Source: Raja brachyura
Taxonomy: Eukaryota
Reading direction: 5' to 3'
Assembly: GCA_963514005.1 (NCBI GenBank)
Contig: OY740814.1
Location: forward strand, 12,276,001 to 12,340,000
Length of the DNA: 64,000 nt
The notes under the pieces are model-generated. The model had not been told where the DNA came from. It saw only the letters and a program-made list of their open reading frames with translations, and searched no databases. Both the position numbers and the translations under genes were made by a program. Shown here in pieces: positions 13,301-28,300 of this stretch; the stretch's first letter is position 1; the number at the start of each line of letters is the position of its first letter.

Positions 13301-16300
13301 CTTATTAATTATGCATGCGCATTCTCATCTAAATCGTTAAAGTGAGCCTAAACGCCAATGGGCCCAGCACCAATCCCTGAAGCCCACCTAGTCTAGGGCC
13401 TCCAGTCTGAAAACAACCTTCTACCTTCACCCTCAGCTCTTCCATGTAGCCAATTCTCTATCTAGTCGGCTAGCTCTCCCTGGATTCTGTGTGATCTAAC
13501 CTTCCAGGGAAGCATACTATGCAGAACTTTATTAAATGTTTTGATGAAGTCCATGTAGACGATGTCTATCACTTTGCCCTCGTAAACCTTTTTGGTTGGT
13601 TACTTCAAAAAAGTCAATCAGATTCATATGACATGGTCTCGTGGGTACAAAACTATACCGACTATTGCTAATCAGCCCCTGTCTATCCAAGTGCATATAT
13701 ATCTTATACCTTGAAATCCTTTCCAGTATCTTGCCTACCACAGATGTTAGGCTCTCTGGTCTATAGTTCCAAAGCATTTCCTTGCAGCCCTTCCTGGCAC
13801 AAAATTAGCCATCCTTCAGTCTACTGGTACTTCACCCATTTCTAATGATGATTCATATACCTCAGCCAGGGCTCATTCTTTTCCAGCCAGGGCTGCAATT
13901 TCTTTTCCAGCTTCCCACAGTGTCCTCAGATTTATCTGATCAGGCCTGGGAGATATATCTACTTGATCTAAAATGTATACCTCCCTTGGTGGTAAAATCC
14001 TTATGTGGATGAAGTGAGGATGTGAATGAGCTTGACCAGAATGGTATGGGCCCCATCCAATACAAATCCATATGTTTAATTATAATATGAATCAGAAACT
14101 CATAGTCCGATCCTCACAGGCTCTGGGTGGTAGCAACATTGATATTAAGGGACATAAAGCTCAGTTAATTTGTGCATGATCGTTGATTGTCAGCAGGAAT
14201 TGTTCAGCATGGTTTGCAGTGACCAGGTGCTCCTTTTTAATGCAGTATTCTTTTCAGTACATCACAACTAAATGATGCCAAATGCACCCTTGGCTTTGTG
14301 AAAACTAAAGAAAGCTGAAGGAATCAAATTATATTTGTGCCCAGAGTGTCAAACTTCAGTTAAAGTCATGGATATTTTGCTTGCTAAACATGCCACATGT
14401 TGTGGAGAGCCAAAGCCTCAGTGGGTTCCAGGTACACTCACTCATGTCTGTTGGGGTGGTGTGGTTGAAATTATGTTCCGGGATCGAAAAGAAGAATTGT
14501 CTACACTTCCTGCATTTGTATTTGACTGTTGATGGTGGATGTGAATGGGATCAGGCTGGGAGCAACGATGACTGTTGCCGAACTGGGAGTGGACAAAGTA
14601 CATGCAGAACTCTGCTTACCAACTCCTGATTCTGAACTTTCTCGTCCCGTTTAGGAAACTTGGGTCAGTCAGCTACTTTTAATGGGAACACGGTTGCCTG
14701 TATTGTTGGAGTTCCCTGTTAAAAGATGTCAGTTATCTTAAAGAGATAACTTTGCATGGACTGGCCATCGCTGATAAGAAATGACACGAATAAGGCAACC
14801 TTCTTGTAGGCATTGTGGTACAGCTCGTGTTGACAGATTTTTATGGTAAACGTGTTGAGAAGGCAAATCATAAACATCTTTGACATCCCGATGAACGTGG
14901 ATGTTAAGAAGTTTTGCATTCCAATGTGGTTAAAATATGACCGTTCTCCGAGTAATAACCAATTTGTGTGCATGAGATTTTGCCGTTAATTATGATATCA
15001 TATTGCCATATTAAAGAGCTGATTTCAGGCTTTGTATGCTAGACTTGCTGATGCAAGCCTGAGTCCAGCACAATGAATGTAATCAATGACAGGCTGAGAA
15101 ACCTCAGATGGAGCCACTTATCTGTACAGTGCAGATAACCAATAAAGCTGCATGAACCAGCTCGCTTTGCAACTTGTGGACCGTTGCCATAAACTAAAAG
15201 TCGAGTATTATCCCTGTGGCTCGCTGTTTACAATATGAAGGCTGGTGTCATCCCACCAAGGAGTTCCAAGTTGGCTTTGTGAATAGCTGCACTATAGGGC
15301 ATGTTTGAGAGGGTCTTCATTGAAAGCTGCTTGCTTGAACTGAATTGAACCAGTTTCGCACTGAAATTAAATATTTTTGTACAAATGAAGTTCACGTGGT
15401 TAGTAGACTTGTGTGGGCAGTAAATCAGTCACATTGTTATAATTTTCTTCTGTACAATCCAAATATTAATATCCAAGGTATGACCTCTTTTTAAAACTTT
15501 CAAATATGAATTGGTGAAGAACTGAATGTAGTTATTTACAATAAATATTGTCAGTTTTGTTATCGTTGATAATTTGGTGAATAAAACAAATTATTATTTT
15601 TATTTCAAGCAAATTGGTGATAAACCAGATCATTCCTGAAGATGATGCCATTTACCAGTGTGTGGCTGAAAATGAACAAGGATCGGTTCTTTCAGTGGCC
15701 AGATTGATTGTAATAATGTCTGAAGACAGGCCAAGTGCACCTCGAAACATCCAGGCTGAAACTGTGTCGAGTTCAGGGATTCTTTTGTCTTGGCAAAGGC
15801 CCATGTACAATTCCGATAAAGTAATTGCATACTCTGTCCATTACATGAAAGCTGAAGGTGAGCCTTGAATATTTTTCTGACACTCGGAGCCGATGTTGCT
15901 TAAGGGCCTGTCCCACTATACGAGTTTACCCAAGAGCTCTCCCGAGTTAAAAAAAAATTCAAACTCGTGGTAAGTACGTAGCGGGTACGTTGGAGCTCGG
16001 GACGTCTCTTAGTGGCACGTAACGCTAACAGCAGGTACTCGGGGAAATGCGGTAAGCTCGAAGTCCAACAAGAGCCCTGAGTACCTACGAGCGGCTATTA
16101 CCGTAATTCTCTGAGTTCGAATCGGGGGAAACTCAGGAGATCTCTTGAATTACCTCGTACAGTGGGACAGGCCCTTTAAGCTAGTTTCTCGCTTTCAGCC
16201 AACACAGAGTTGGAAGCATTTAAATAAAATGATCTCCCTCTGAGCTGCTCTCTCTGTCTGTCCCTCTGCCTCTGTCTGTGTGTGTGTGCCTCTCGCACTC

Positions 16301-16322
16301 TCGGTCTGTGCGAGTGTGTGTG

Positions 16323-16365
<43 letters not shown>

Positions 16366-19300
16366 GTGTATGTCTCTATCTTTGTATGTCTGTGAATATT
16401 TGACGCTGTAAACCGACAAGGTACATCTAAACCAGAACTTGAGGAGAAGCACCAGTTTGAACATATTCCAAGTAGGTTGTTTTAAAGTTAATCTACAAGT
16501 ATTATCATTTTGTTGGTTGTTTGTGCTTGGGCATTCTCCCTTCCTGGTGTCTCATTGGAATGTGAGAAGATGACCATCTGTTGTTAATATTCTGTTGCTG
16601 GGCAGAGGTCACTACAAGAGAATAGCCCCTCTAATCAAATGCGAATAGCAGCCTTCTCTGCACAAACAATGTGATCTGTTGAGATGATTAAAATCGGGTG
16701 GAAGGTTTACCTTCTCAAGGGAAAGGTGTTTATTATGAGTTCATAGAACAGAGAGTATAGAAATGCAGGAAGGTATAATTAAAGTGTGTGGTGAAGTGTG
16801 TTCAGGCAGCACCACCAGTTTTCTGAAGGCATTAAAGTGTTGGCTACAGAGTGCAGCTAGCAGTCGAATGGTTGCTTTGTGTTCCATTATAGTTATTTCG
16901 TTAAGCCCCAGCATGAGTTCTGTTGAAGCATTCAGAAGGGTAACAAGACTCTTTAATTTTCCTTCAAGGATTTTGTTCCATAGGTCAGAAATCAGGACTT
17001 TTCAAATTCATTATTAGCCAGTAATTACTACTTGTGTATGGGGCTCCTGGGTTTTGCAAATTAAGCGGCTTTCAAGCTTATTCATGAATGTGGGAAAATG
17101 TAATTGGGAATAATTTTGCTTTTGGCTGTATTAAAATGCTCTGCCTTTAAGAAGCAAATGAATGATGAAGCTGATGATGGAAGATCGACTTCTAATAAGA
17201 ATTGCATTATTATTGCGTCAATAGGGAAAAGTATTATTTGCTGTGAAATTAAATGAAAAGGCAGAGATATATAACAAATTTTAAGAGAGATTTAGACAGA
17301 TTTGTGTCTTACTTTTTTGCTTGTGTGCCTTCTGCAGAAGAACTACAGCCATAAATGTGTTGCTGAGGTTACTTATTCTTGGTTCACAAATTAACAAGAG
17401 TATTTTCTTTCTCCAGGTTTAAATAATGAGGAATATCAAGTGGTTATTGGGAATGATACAACTCGTTACATTATTGATGATTTAGAACCAGCCAGCAACT
17501 ACACATTCTATATTGTTGCCTACATGCCCATGGGAGCCAGTCGAATGTCAGAACATGTGACTCAGCACACCTTGGAAGATGGTATACAAAGCTATTCTGA
17601 GATTTATTTGTCCCTCTTAACCCCAATCTCATGTCTTCTGCCCATAACCCCCTATTGCCTGTACTAATCAAGAATCTATCTATCTCTGCCTTTAAAATAT
17701 TAATTGAGTTGGTCTGCACGGCCTTCTGTGACAATGAATTCCACAGATTTACCATCCCTTTGTCAAACCAAATCTATCAATTTCTTCCAACTAAAAGCTT
17801 GGAAAGCTCTTGGTTATTTAACATCTGGGCATTACAACAATGATTTATTCAGTCACAGGTGTAGTTTATTTCAAATAAAATCGGGAACCATCTGATCCTA
17901 AAATTGGATGAGATGCTTGAAGTTTTTTTACCAATCCCTAGTCTTATTTTAATTGGAGCTTAATTTATCCACTCCCACCTGTGATATATGGAAGTTGTGC
18001 AGATCATGTTTATTTCGCAGATATACATTTAAAAAAAAATGCATGCATCTTCCATCTTCAAACTCTCATTCTACCAGAGAAAATAGCAATAGAATTTCTG
18101 AAACAAGTTGTTAATGTATACAAGTGTGGCACAATGAATGAATAAGGTTAAACCTAATCGTAGCTTAATCCTTGTATTAGTCTATCAACTGTAGCTGGTG
18201 TTGTTTTTCACAAGTTATGTTGCATTGAATATGATGATACTTGAAATCGAACAGAGTAAATACTGTCTACCTGATAAAACAAGCGTGCACGGAGAAACAA
18301 ATCTCGGCATTCACCCTTGAATTATCAGGTTAAGAACTTATTTTAAAATGCTGTGTTAAATGATGTTTACGCAGTCCAGTAGTACAGATTAATCCTCTTG
18401 CATGCTATGCACATGGTACTATGGAGTATAATAGTTGACTGCTGCTTCTAAAATTTGATTCCACTGACTTTTGAAAGAGGATTAAACATGTATGTATTAC
18501 CACAGCTTACCTTTAGTGAGTTTGGCAGAGATAGGTTTCATTCACAATGATTGCAGCTGAAGTAATTTGATTCTCTTGCCACCCAAATGTAATGTTTCTA
18601 AATAATATAATCACTTTTACATGGATATCTTTTAAATATCATTTACTTTCCTGATTCTTTCCGATGCAGTCCCTCTAAGAGTGCCAGAAATCAGTTTGAC
18701 CAGTCGTAGCCCAACCGACATCCTGATCTCGTGGCTTCCCATTCCAGCCAAGTTCAGGAGAGGTCGTATTATTGCCTATCGCATTCACTATCGTAAAAGC
18801 ACAGAGCGCGCTGTCCACTTGGTGGAGCTTCCAGGAGCCATATCGGACCACCTGCTTGAAGACGTCGAACCTGACAGCACTTACCTTGTACGAATCTCTG
18901 CAGCAACCAAGGTCGGCTGGGGAGAATCTTCAATCTGGACATCCCACAGAACCCCAAAAACTACCAGTGTCAAAGGTAATCCATTGTGTTAGAGAAAGAG
19001 AAGAGAAATATCAGGCATCTCAACGGGTTCGCATTTTATTAACAATCTAACACAGGTTTTATCATCAGGTACTGAACTTAGAATATTGGATTTTTTAAAT
19101 CCAGATCTATAATGATAGGATATTCTGGCAATCTGCAATGTTGTGTATGGTTTGAAAGATTGAACACTGCAAATTTATAATGTTCGTGTTCACGTCCAGT
19201 CGTGTAAGAGATAATTCGACTTGGAATTCCAATTAGTTACATTTTTCTGAAAAAAGAATGTGCACCATTATACCAGTACATGTCTCTGAGTTTAATAATT

Positions 19301-22300
19301 ATAACAGATCAGCAATAATTCAGTGTTTTTCTACCTTTTTTGATTCGGTGTGCATTCATTACTTTCCTAAGCAGGCATGGACCTCGGTCCCAGACACTTT
19401 TGTCTTGTTTTTTTATTGTGGGTTTTATTAACATCTCAATTGAAAGTCTGAATGGTGGGGTAGAACTAACTTGAATATTCTAAGACTCTCCCAATGTAGT
19501 TCAGATAATAAATACTTATGCTGAAAGGTAACATTTTAGTAGAAACCTTTGGCATGGAGAATGGTTGTTTCCTTTAAAAATGCAAGGCCATTCTCTTTGG
19601 CAGATTTGGGGAAGAGAGCTTACTTTTCACACACAATTTATTCAAAAGTTAAACTACAGATACTGTTGCACCATTTATTTAAAAAGAAAAACGTGAAGGC
19701 TTAAATTCACCGTTCTAGATACTCAGTTCTGATCTTAATCCAGAAACTAAATAAAATATTTTTTTCAGCCTCTGCCATCTCACTACGTCCCCCTCAATCC
19801 TCTCACAGTATGACAGCGTGTCCTCCAGTATTGGCCATCAGCAGGGCTCCGTGTCGACAGAGGAATAATGAGTCGCAAATCCTTGGCCAACCAATGACTC
19901 TGTTTTCCATTTGGAAATGCAGTTTAGTCTTTTATAATTATCTGGCTCCTTTGTAATCCGAGTTCACTTATCTATCTTCCAATCGTGACTGTGCCAAACA
20001 CAAGTTTGAATTGTACATATGTTCAGCACAAATACATCTTATCTTGACTGCTGATAGCATTGTAGGAACCTTGATAATCTACCTTATTCCAGAATCCATT
20101 TAGTTTTGATCAGTACATGAAGACTTTCTCTGTTGGGTCAGTCAATAAAGGTAACATGTTTTTGAAGGAAACTCAACAGGAAAGTGCAGATTCCATTCAC
20201 AAGGCATTTCATTTGCATTGGTCCCTTTTGGACCAAGATGGGGGGAAAAAGTCAGGATTCCTCCTTAATTCTGGCCATTGGTAACACCTGGATTTAGTGC
20301 ATATGTGTTGCATGTATCTTGAATAAAATATTTTGAGCTTGGCTATGAGATCCTTGTGTGTTTTGGAAACAATTGCCATCTCAGTTGAACAGTGACTGCT
20401 TGGGTATGGCTCGCTTATTTCTCCCCGGCTCTTCTACCCCAACAGATCATTATCTTTGGGGTAGACGTGTGGAAACCAAAAGATTCTTGTAAATAAACTG
20501 ATATGGGAGTTTATACATTCCTCTGACGAATGATGTCTAGCTGCCTTTCAAAATTTAGTGCAAACACCTAAGTTTGGATTGAATTCTCCTGAGGGAGCTC
20601 CTTTCACAGTTGCCATTTCAATTAATTTAATTTGATTGGAAATACTTGTAAATTTCTTGTGATCCACTGAACTATTACAGAACTGTCTTGATGCTTTCAG
20701 TGAATTTAAGTTTTGTTTAATGCAGATTCCTAATTCAATCCTTAATTAATTTGAGATTAGTTTGGGGAAATAAATGCAAGTGAAACTAGCCTGTAGACTT
20801 GAGAAGGACGAATTATTTTAATATAATTTCCCAAACCAAACCCTGCCCCTCCCCACAAGGAAAAGCATCGGTGATATATCTTTCTTTGTTAAACTTCCAA
20901 TTTTGAGACAAAGTAAAGAAATCAACATGTGATGTTTACATTGCAGTGCTTCATTCTGCCTCATTCATCACCACTGTTATGGAAACTCTCGTTGCATCCC
21001 CCTCCCGTTTATCAGACTGGGGACACTGCTAGGACCACACTTCTCTTCACCATCCATCAGTGCCATTTTGTGATCCCGGGACAAAGGAATTTCAGTTCTG
21101 TTGACTTAACTTATCTCTATGCAAATGTGTGCTGTGGAACTGCAATGTAATCCTTGCTAGATCTTAGTGAGAAATAAGGGCACTTTGAACTAGATGAAAC
21201 GGATTCAATAACAGGGTAATTTGCAACTTGTACCGGGTCCTTCAAACTGGGGGCTGGGTTGAGGGGCTAGGGTGGGGTGGGGGTAGTGAAGGAGGGCTTG
21301 CTGGTTGTTTCATTCCCCAAGTCAGAATCTTGTTCACTTTTGATTTATTTTGGTGACTTTAATATTTTGGAGAGAATGTAAAGTTGTGAGCAGGTGCATC
21401 CAAAAATACTTTGAATTCAATATGTAAAACGTGAATCAGGCCTTAAAAGGTGTTCTGCTGCGACACATTTCCTTTTAGTCTCTGGATCTAAATTGCAACT
21501 GAAGCTTGTTGCTGGAGGTGCTTGCCATGAGCTCCTGATGTGTCGTGCCTAGCAAAAGCCTGCTGGCCACCAAATCATTCTCCCTGGGTCAGGCTGCATT
21601 CATTATGGAATCAATACCAGGCAGTTAAAATGGCCAGAGCACCTCAGTAAATGCATGTCTAAGTCAATTGTCAGAGCATTAAAAGTGAAATAGCTTGATC
21701 AAAAAAACAATATCTACGGGCATATCTGTTAATGAAGGTACTTTATAGAACTTTAAAGTGCTTTTTCCTGTAAACGACTCAGATTGAGAATTGCAATTAA
21801 ATAGTGAGAGCCATAAATATTTTTTATTTTATTTATTTTTTTACCTTTCGTAACGAGTGCACAAAGTGCTACAGGATAATATTGTAAGTCATAAGGTGAG
21901 GCTTGTTAGAGTTTCTTGTTGATGATTGCATCATCTTCTAAAGGATACAACTTGGATTTGATAGCAATGTCTATTTTAAAATGGTACCACTGATGAAACT
22001 ATGGACTTCAGGATTTCAGTGGAGAACAGGTTTTGAGTTGTATTATGAGGTGCAGGAGGATGGAAGTAACTTGATCTATAGGAAGTATTTAGGCTGACAG
22101 TTTGGGTTAGGTTATTACGGTGCCTATTTTTAATCAAAATGCTAAATGTTGTTGCATTATGATTTTGTAACCCAAAGTAGAGCATCTGGTGATCTGCCTG
22201 TTGTTCACAAGAGATTGTCAGAATAATCTTGTTAAGATGTTGCTGCTGTTCCCCTAGCGACCTTTGCCCTTGTGCCAGTAACATTAGGATGGGCCCCAAA

Positions 22301-25300
22301 TCAATGGATCATGAGGGTTTGCATTAGTCTGCTATCACTGATAGTAAAGATGAGGCTGTGTTTAATGGGAAGATGGGGGGAAGAATATCTTACTGTTTAC
22401 TTTTGATTTTAGTAAATGGTATCCATCTAAGAATAATTCAGTTTGGTCACAAACGAAGAGATGGGGTGTGTTTACATTTGCTGATACAGCCAAATAAACA
22501 GTCAAAGCACCAGTATTTCATTCTGGTGCCTGCTATCTTAAACCATCAATCTTGGAGCTGTCAGGCATGGAGCAGGCCACATCCCTGTGGGGCTCCAGGC
22601 CTGTTGTTTTCATCAGATTAGGGCAGTCAACAGCAGGGTGGACGGCATTCCTTCCCTTAAAAGAAGAAAAGCGAGACTTGGAAAAAGTGCATCCTGAGTT
22701 CTGCTTACACTCGTGTTTTTTTGTCTTGCTTTTGTGTAGCCTCCTATCTGTCATCCCTCTGCCTTTTACTACAGCACTTTAAAAAAAAACTAAATTTTGA
22801 TCCCTTCTCAGCTCAAAAACCATGACTTGTTCAGAAATTAAGGCGCAAAGTAGAGATTTTAAAACACTAGGCAATTTTTAAAACCCCCTAAATTGCAGAT
22901 TGAGAACATAACTTTGGCTATTGGAATGTAAAGTGTGACACTTAAATTCTTTGAAGAAGTACATTTATTTTAAGATCAACTTCTATTGCAGCTGAACCCA
23001 AATATTAGCACAGGGGACTATAGAAACTATGGTGGTAATAGTAATGTATGGGTTGCCTTTTTTTAGTCCAGAATAGTCCAAAAAAAGTATGTAGTAAACT
23101 TATTATTTTAATCTGACAGTAAACTTTGTATGAACAAAATAACATGTTAACAATGATACTTGCATTTACCTATAACTGTCTATAATGAAAGGAAATTGTG
23201 ATACATTGTGAAACTCAAGATATTGAAATCTTAACAGAATAAACAAATTTGTTGTATTAGAGTTACGTAGGGTGCTGCAGTAAAGAGGAGGGGTTGGAGG
23301 AGGAAGGCATGAGAATTAACAAAGTATAGATTAAAGCATGAAGAAAGATAAAGGATCATATTTAATGTTGTATTTTAGAAATAATACGTTCTAGTAGGAA
23401 AAAAAATGAAAGGGCTTAAATAATAGGCATGTGATTCCATTTCCACAGTTCCCCTGGCCCCAGAGCTGCGTTTAGAGCCATTCAACTGCACGACGATTAC
23501 AGTAAAGTGGAAGCAAGCGGAGGAAAACGACGTGCAGATCCAGGGGTACAGACTCTTCTACAGGGAGGAGAGCCAGCAGGAAACGGGGCCGATCACACTT
23601 GGGATGCAGAATTCCCACTACACCATCAGCGGGCTCGGTACGTAATCTTCAGATATTGCGAATGGGCTTGAGGATTGGCCATCTCACTGTGTTGGCACTT
23701 TATATGTTAGTGCCTTTGTCCCCACAAATTCAAAGTTCTCAGATGCTACTTATGGTAAGAAATAGCTTAACACAATTATTTTCCAGAAATATGCATGTTG
23801 AGTTTAGTTTTATACACTCTGCTGGAGGTTCAAAATCTTGTTCTCATCTCCACAGCCTGTTACTCTGTTTATAGTATCTTTTCCTTCATTTGTGCTGGGA
23901 GTCCCCAAGGGTGGGGGAAGGGTGTAATTTAATTTTCCCCATGGATCGGCTGCAGAGTAAAGTTTATTAACACCAAACAAGTTGCTTGACACGGGGTACT
24001 CAAGGTCTGAGGAACAAAGTCTTGATAGTTTTGTTCTAGGAAACCTAGCCAACATTCAGAGATGAGAAACTTAAATTATTTTGCTAATCTTAAGAACATT
24101 TTTAAAGAATGGTTGAAATGGCTAGCTTTCTTCAAATGAGTTGGAACAAAATAAATGCCATGTCTGTTCTGAAAGCACAAGCACAGTCTGAATAAATCGT
24201 GTGCATAATGTTGTATAATGTACAATTGTAACGGCTAAAAATTCAACATTTTCTTTATATGTACTTTTCAGAATGGGTAGTTTGGAATTTACTAGTGAAT
24301 TTGCCCAGAACTTCTAAATCCTTTCCTTTGATTCTATTAATAGTAACAGGATTTGAGTCCGAACATTATCTATTCATTCTTCTGTGTGGTACAAGAATTT
24401 GCCACCTCAGTAACAGGCATGGAGTCAAAGAGTCTCTTTCCTTTTGTAAATACCGCTGTTTAAAATTGTGAATGCGCCCTTTTTTATAAACTTATTTTAA
24501 GCATAGAAATTTCAAGTGAAAATAAGTTTATTTCTCTTTAAACCTAGCATCACAAAAATATTGCATAGAAAGGGGACCTCTTGTGTTGCCATGCATTGTT
24601 TACGTTGGACCTTCCTGAAGCGATTTTTCTTTCTGTTGTGAATTATTGACACAACCTTCTCTGTCAACACGATCCCTTAACACAGTTGTTCTGCATTTTT
24701 GCCTCCAGACCTCCTGAAATGATCTGAAACCTACTTTGTGCAGAGCCATGTATATACCTATTTCTGGCTTCTGTCCGATTGTGCCATATCAATTGTGCAA
24801 ACTAAAATGTGATTCTGCACTATTTAGGCACAGCTTTCAGCGTGCATGCTAGCCAGTATCTATGTGTGACAAAACTTTTCGCATCATTATAAATGATCCA
24901 ATTTCCAAAATCTTTTTTTCAAAACTTTGGAAGATAAAGATGAAAAAATACAAAATTCATGCCTCGGAGTTGGAGTTGGTGTATCAGAAATATCCACCAG
25001 ACCACTTCTTCACTCTGAGTATACTTAGTTATGGAGGCTAGGATTACTCTGGGTTCAAAATGTTTGTGAATTTCAGGAACTCCAGTTTTATTGGTAACAG
25101 TAAATTTTAATCCCCCAGTCTATTTCAATATATTTTGAATATATTGTTAGAAGTGCATTTATTATGACTTTATCCTCTGTAGCCAAGACTTAGAATTGTT
25201 TCCTTTAGTAACGAAAAGGAACAAGAATGCCCAAATGTTATTACATTTGAAAGCCTTAGTCTGAGTGATCTGTTGGCATAAGTCACTGCAGAATTATTAA

Positions 25301-28300
25301 GACTGACCTCGGTCGCTGTTTGGCTGTGGCCCCTGACTGTTGCTTGGTGATGAGCTGAGATGCACGTATCCCTGTCAATGGCCCCAATCCCCATGTGATG
25401 TGGGAACAACAGCACATTCTTAACTACTAACTGGACAACTGACCATCTGTGGCCATTCCAGCCATAGCAGGTGGCTGGCAGCTGACCATTTAACCAGGCA
25501 AAATACTGTCCAGGATAATGAACGGCCAGTGTGGAACTGAACCTAGTCATTGATTGGGTTCTGTTTCTATTCCAGCATCTTTTTTTGTTGCTTTATTTCC
25601 TCTTGATGTCTGTCTCATAGCAGGATACAAAACAGTTACATTTAAGTTTCATTTAATATTACAAGCTAAAATTAATGCATTTGTACCTAGACCTTCATTT
25701 CATATCACACCTCCATCACCTGACTCCTTTTCACCTGGTTCATTTCTTCACACTGTTAATGTTAAGATAGTTTCAAATCAAAAGAATTAAAATAAACAGA
25801 ATACCTGTCAATAAATGGCAGTCCAAATTTAAAAAAGGTTTTTCCTTCACATGGTAACATTCGAATGTGTATAAACTTTAAAATATAGATGTTGGAGTTG
25901 TAATTTAAATGGATCGGCTGCAAAGTGGTGCAATTATTATGTTAGAAAATTATTAAAAACAAGAAAAGATAATTATGAAAATACAAAAATTAAATGGCTA
26001 AAAAATAAATGTAAAGCATTCATGTCCTTTAGCTTCCTCACTTCCCTGTCTGATAATAACGGGTCATAGTTAATATTCAGTTAGTTTCTGCTTTTGTCAC
26101 CAGAATGGTCAGAATTCAGAATGGTCACCAGAATTGAAGAGCATGCTGCAGAATCTGCTATATTTATTGATATTTGTTTAAATTGCTTTTGACCTTATTT
26201 GGGTGGGGTTTTCCCCCCTACTATAAATTGTTGATTTTTACCTTGGATAAACTGTTTTATTGGGAATCTGCCTTCCGTGTATAAAATCTAAGCTGGTTTA
26301 TTATATGCCAAATCAGTTTGTTCCCTCAGTCTTTTCACAAAATTCCAGGTGGGGGTTAAATGGAATGGATTGCTTCAGGCACTTGCTCGAGTCACTGCCT
26401 GTTGACCTCTAGAACCCCAGGAGTTTCTCTTGCTGGTGGATGGAGATAAGTTCTGTCTCTGTTCTTGCAGACTATGCCCATTTATAAATGCAACTGTTTT
26501 CCAGCTCTAATCCATTTTATGAAAAATGCTTGATCGCTATTGATTGTCGCGAGTTTAATTGCAACCTCAATGAGCAATAAGGGCCCATCTCAGATGTTCC
26601 ATGGACTGAGGTTATTGACCAAGTGGATAACAATGGGATACAAATGTGTGAGATTGTTGTATTTCTATTCAATGGAACTTACAAAAATGTGGAAATAGTA
26701 ACTGATGTTGAATCAAATTATTGAATTAAAACCCCCCAAAAAAACTAGGCACAGTGGCACAGCAGTAGAGTTGCTGCCTTACAGGGCTTTGAGCGCCAGA
26801 GACCCGGGTTCAATACCGAATGTGGTGCTGTCTGTCTGGAGTGTGTACATTTTCCCCGTGACCATGTGGGTTTTCTCCGAGATCTTTGGTCCTCCCACAC
26901 TCCAAAGACATACAGGTTTGTAGGTTAATTGGAGTGGTAGAAATGAAAATTGTCCCTAGTGTATGTATGATGGTGTTAATGTGCCCTTCAGCCCACCGGT
27001 GCTGACTCGGTGAGCTGAAGGGCCTGTTTCCATGCTGTATTTCTAAACTAAACTATTGGGCAGGGTGTGCATTATTCGGATTTCAGCTGTATTATTTTAA
27101 AAATAGATCTAGATATCTTGTTTCAAAACACACTTCCCTTGGGAAAACTAACTGAAGAGGAAAGGTATTACATGGTGCAAATCATTTCTATTGAAAAATA
27201 CCATTATTTTCACATGCTGCTGTTTTACAGCCGAATATTACGTTATATGCTGCGAAGAGGAATCATTGGCCCCAAACTGTGAACATCGTTTACATGTACA
27301 AGTATTTCCTGACTCCACTCAGAAAAGCATAACTCATTTTTAAACTATACCCTCTAGTTTTAGATCCTCCAGCCAGTAATATTGAGTTGTCGTTTTCTAT
27401 CATGTCATCTTGAAAATTTTGATCCTATGTGTTCTTAACCTACAAAAAGCCAACCAAGAAATTCCTCATTTATGCGATCCTTAATTGAATCCCTTTACTT
27501 AAATCCTTGTCCTGTGATCATTTTACACTCCCACTGAGGACAATGTATTTTCCTTGGGTCCAGTTACAAAAATGACCCATACAATGATATGGAAATTAAT
27601 AAAAGTGCTGATGCAATGAATTATTTCAGTTTAATAAAATAATTATTTTTATTTAAAGGCTATTTGTTCTCACTTCAATAGGATGATTGAAATATAAAAA
27701 AACTTAAATCAAGCTAACTGTTTATTTAATGGAGTGGCCTAAAATGGGGTGTCACTTTACCCTTCAGATATCCGTGGAATACACATTTAAGTTTGACTCT
27801 CCTGATCTGCTGCATAATGACCGCTACTGGAAAATTAGGCTGACATAATTGGAAGAATTGGTTTTGGCTCTGATGCCCGACTGCTGACAACAAATAGGGA
27901 AAGGAAGCCCACATGAGGAACGTCGCTTTCAGAATTAAGCTTTGCCAAGGCTGGTAAAACATACTCAAGTGTGAGCAGTTGCTTTTGGAGGCAGGAGGGT
28001 TAATGGACAAAACACATTAGAAAGCAAACGCTGCAGTTAGAGGCGTGTTTTAATAGCTAATTATGAGTTACACTGTCCTAAGTTTTAGTCCAGATTTAGT
28101 TTGCCAATACAGAGTTTTGCGGTCAGTTTTCAGTGGGAGGGAACAACAAGAGCTGAGTAAGAGTTGGAGTGGAGCTAATTTTTCCCCCCAGTATTTTCTG
28201 CCCGTGCATGGGAAGGTTGCTTTAATGATGGTCTCCCGGGGTGCAATAAAATTATACAGGCCAGGGTGGGCCTGAAAGACAACCCAAATTGGACTAAGTA

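Noticed and set aside
26748-26825. tRNA-like A/B boxes (also near 35440, 47160 and 62180)
   Set aside because: These are SINE heads that continue into the V core; no complete cloverleaf was recognised.
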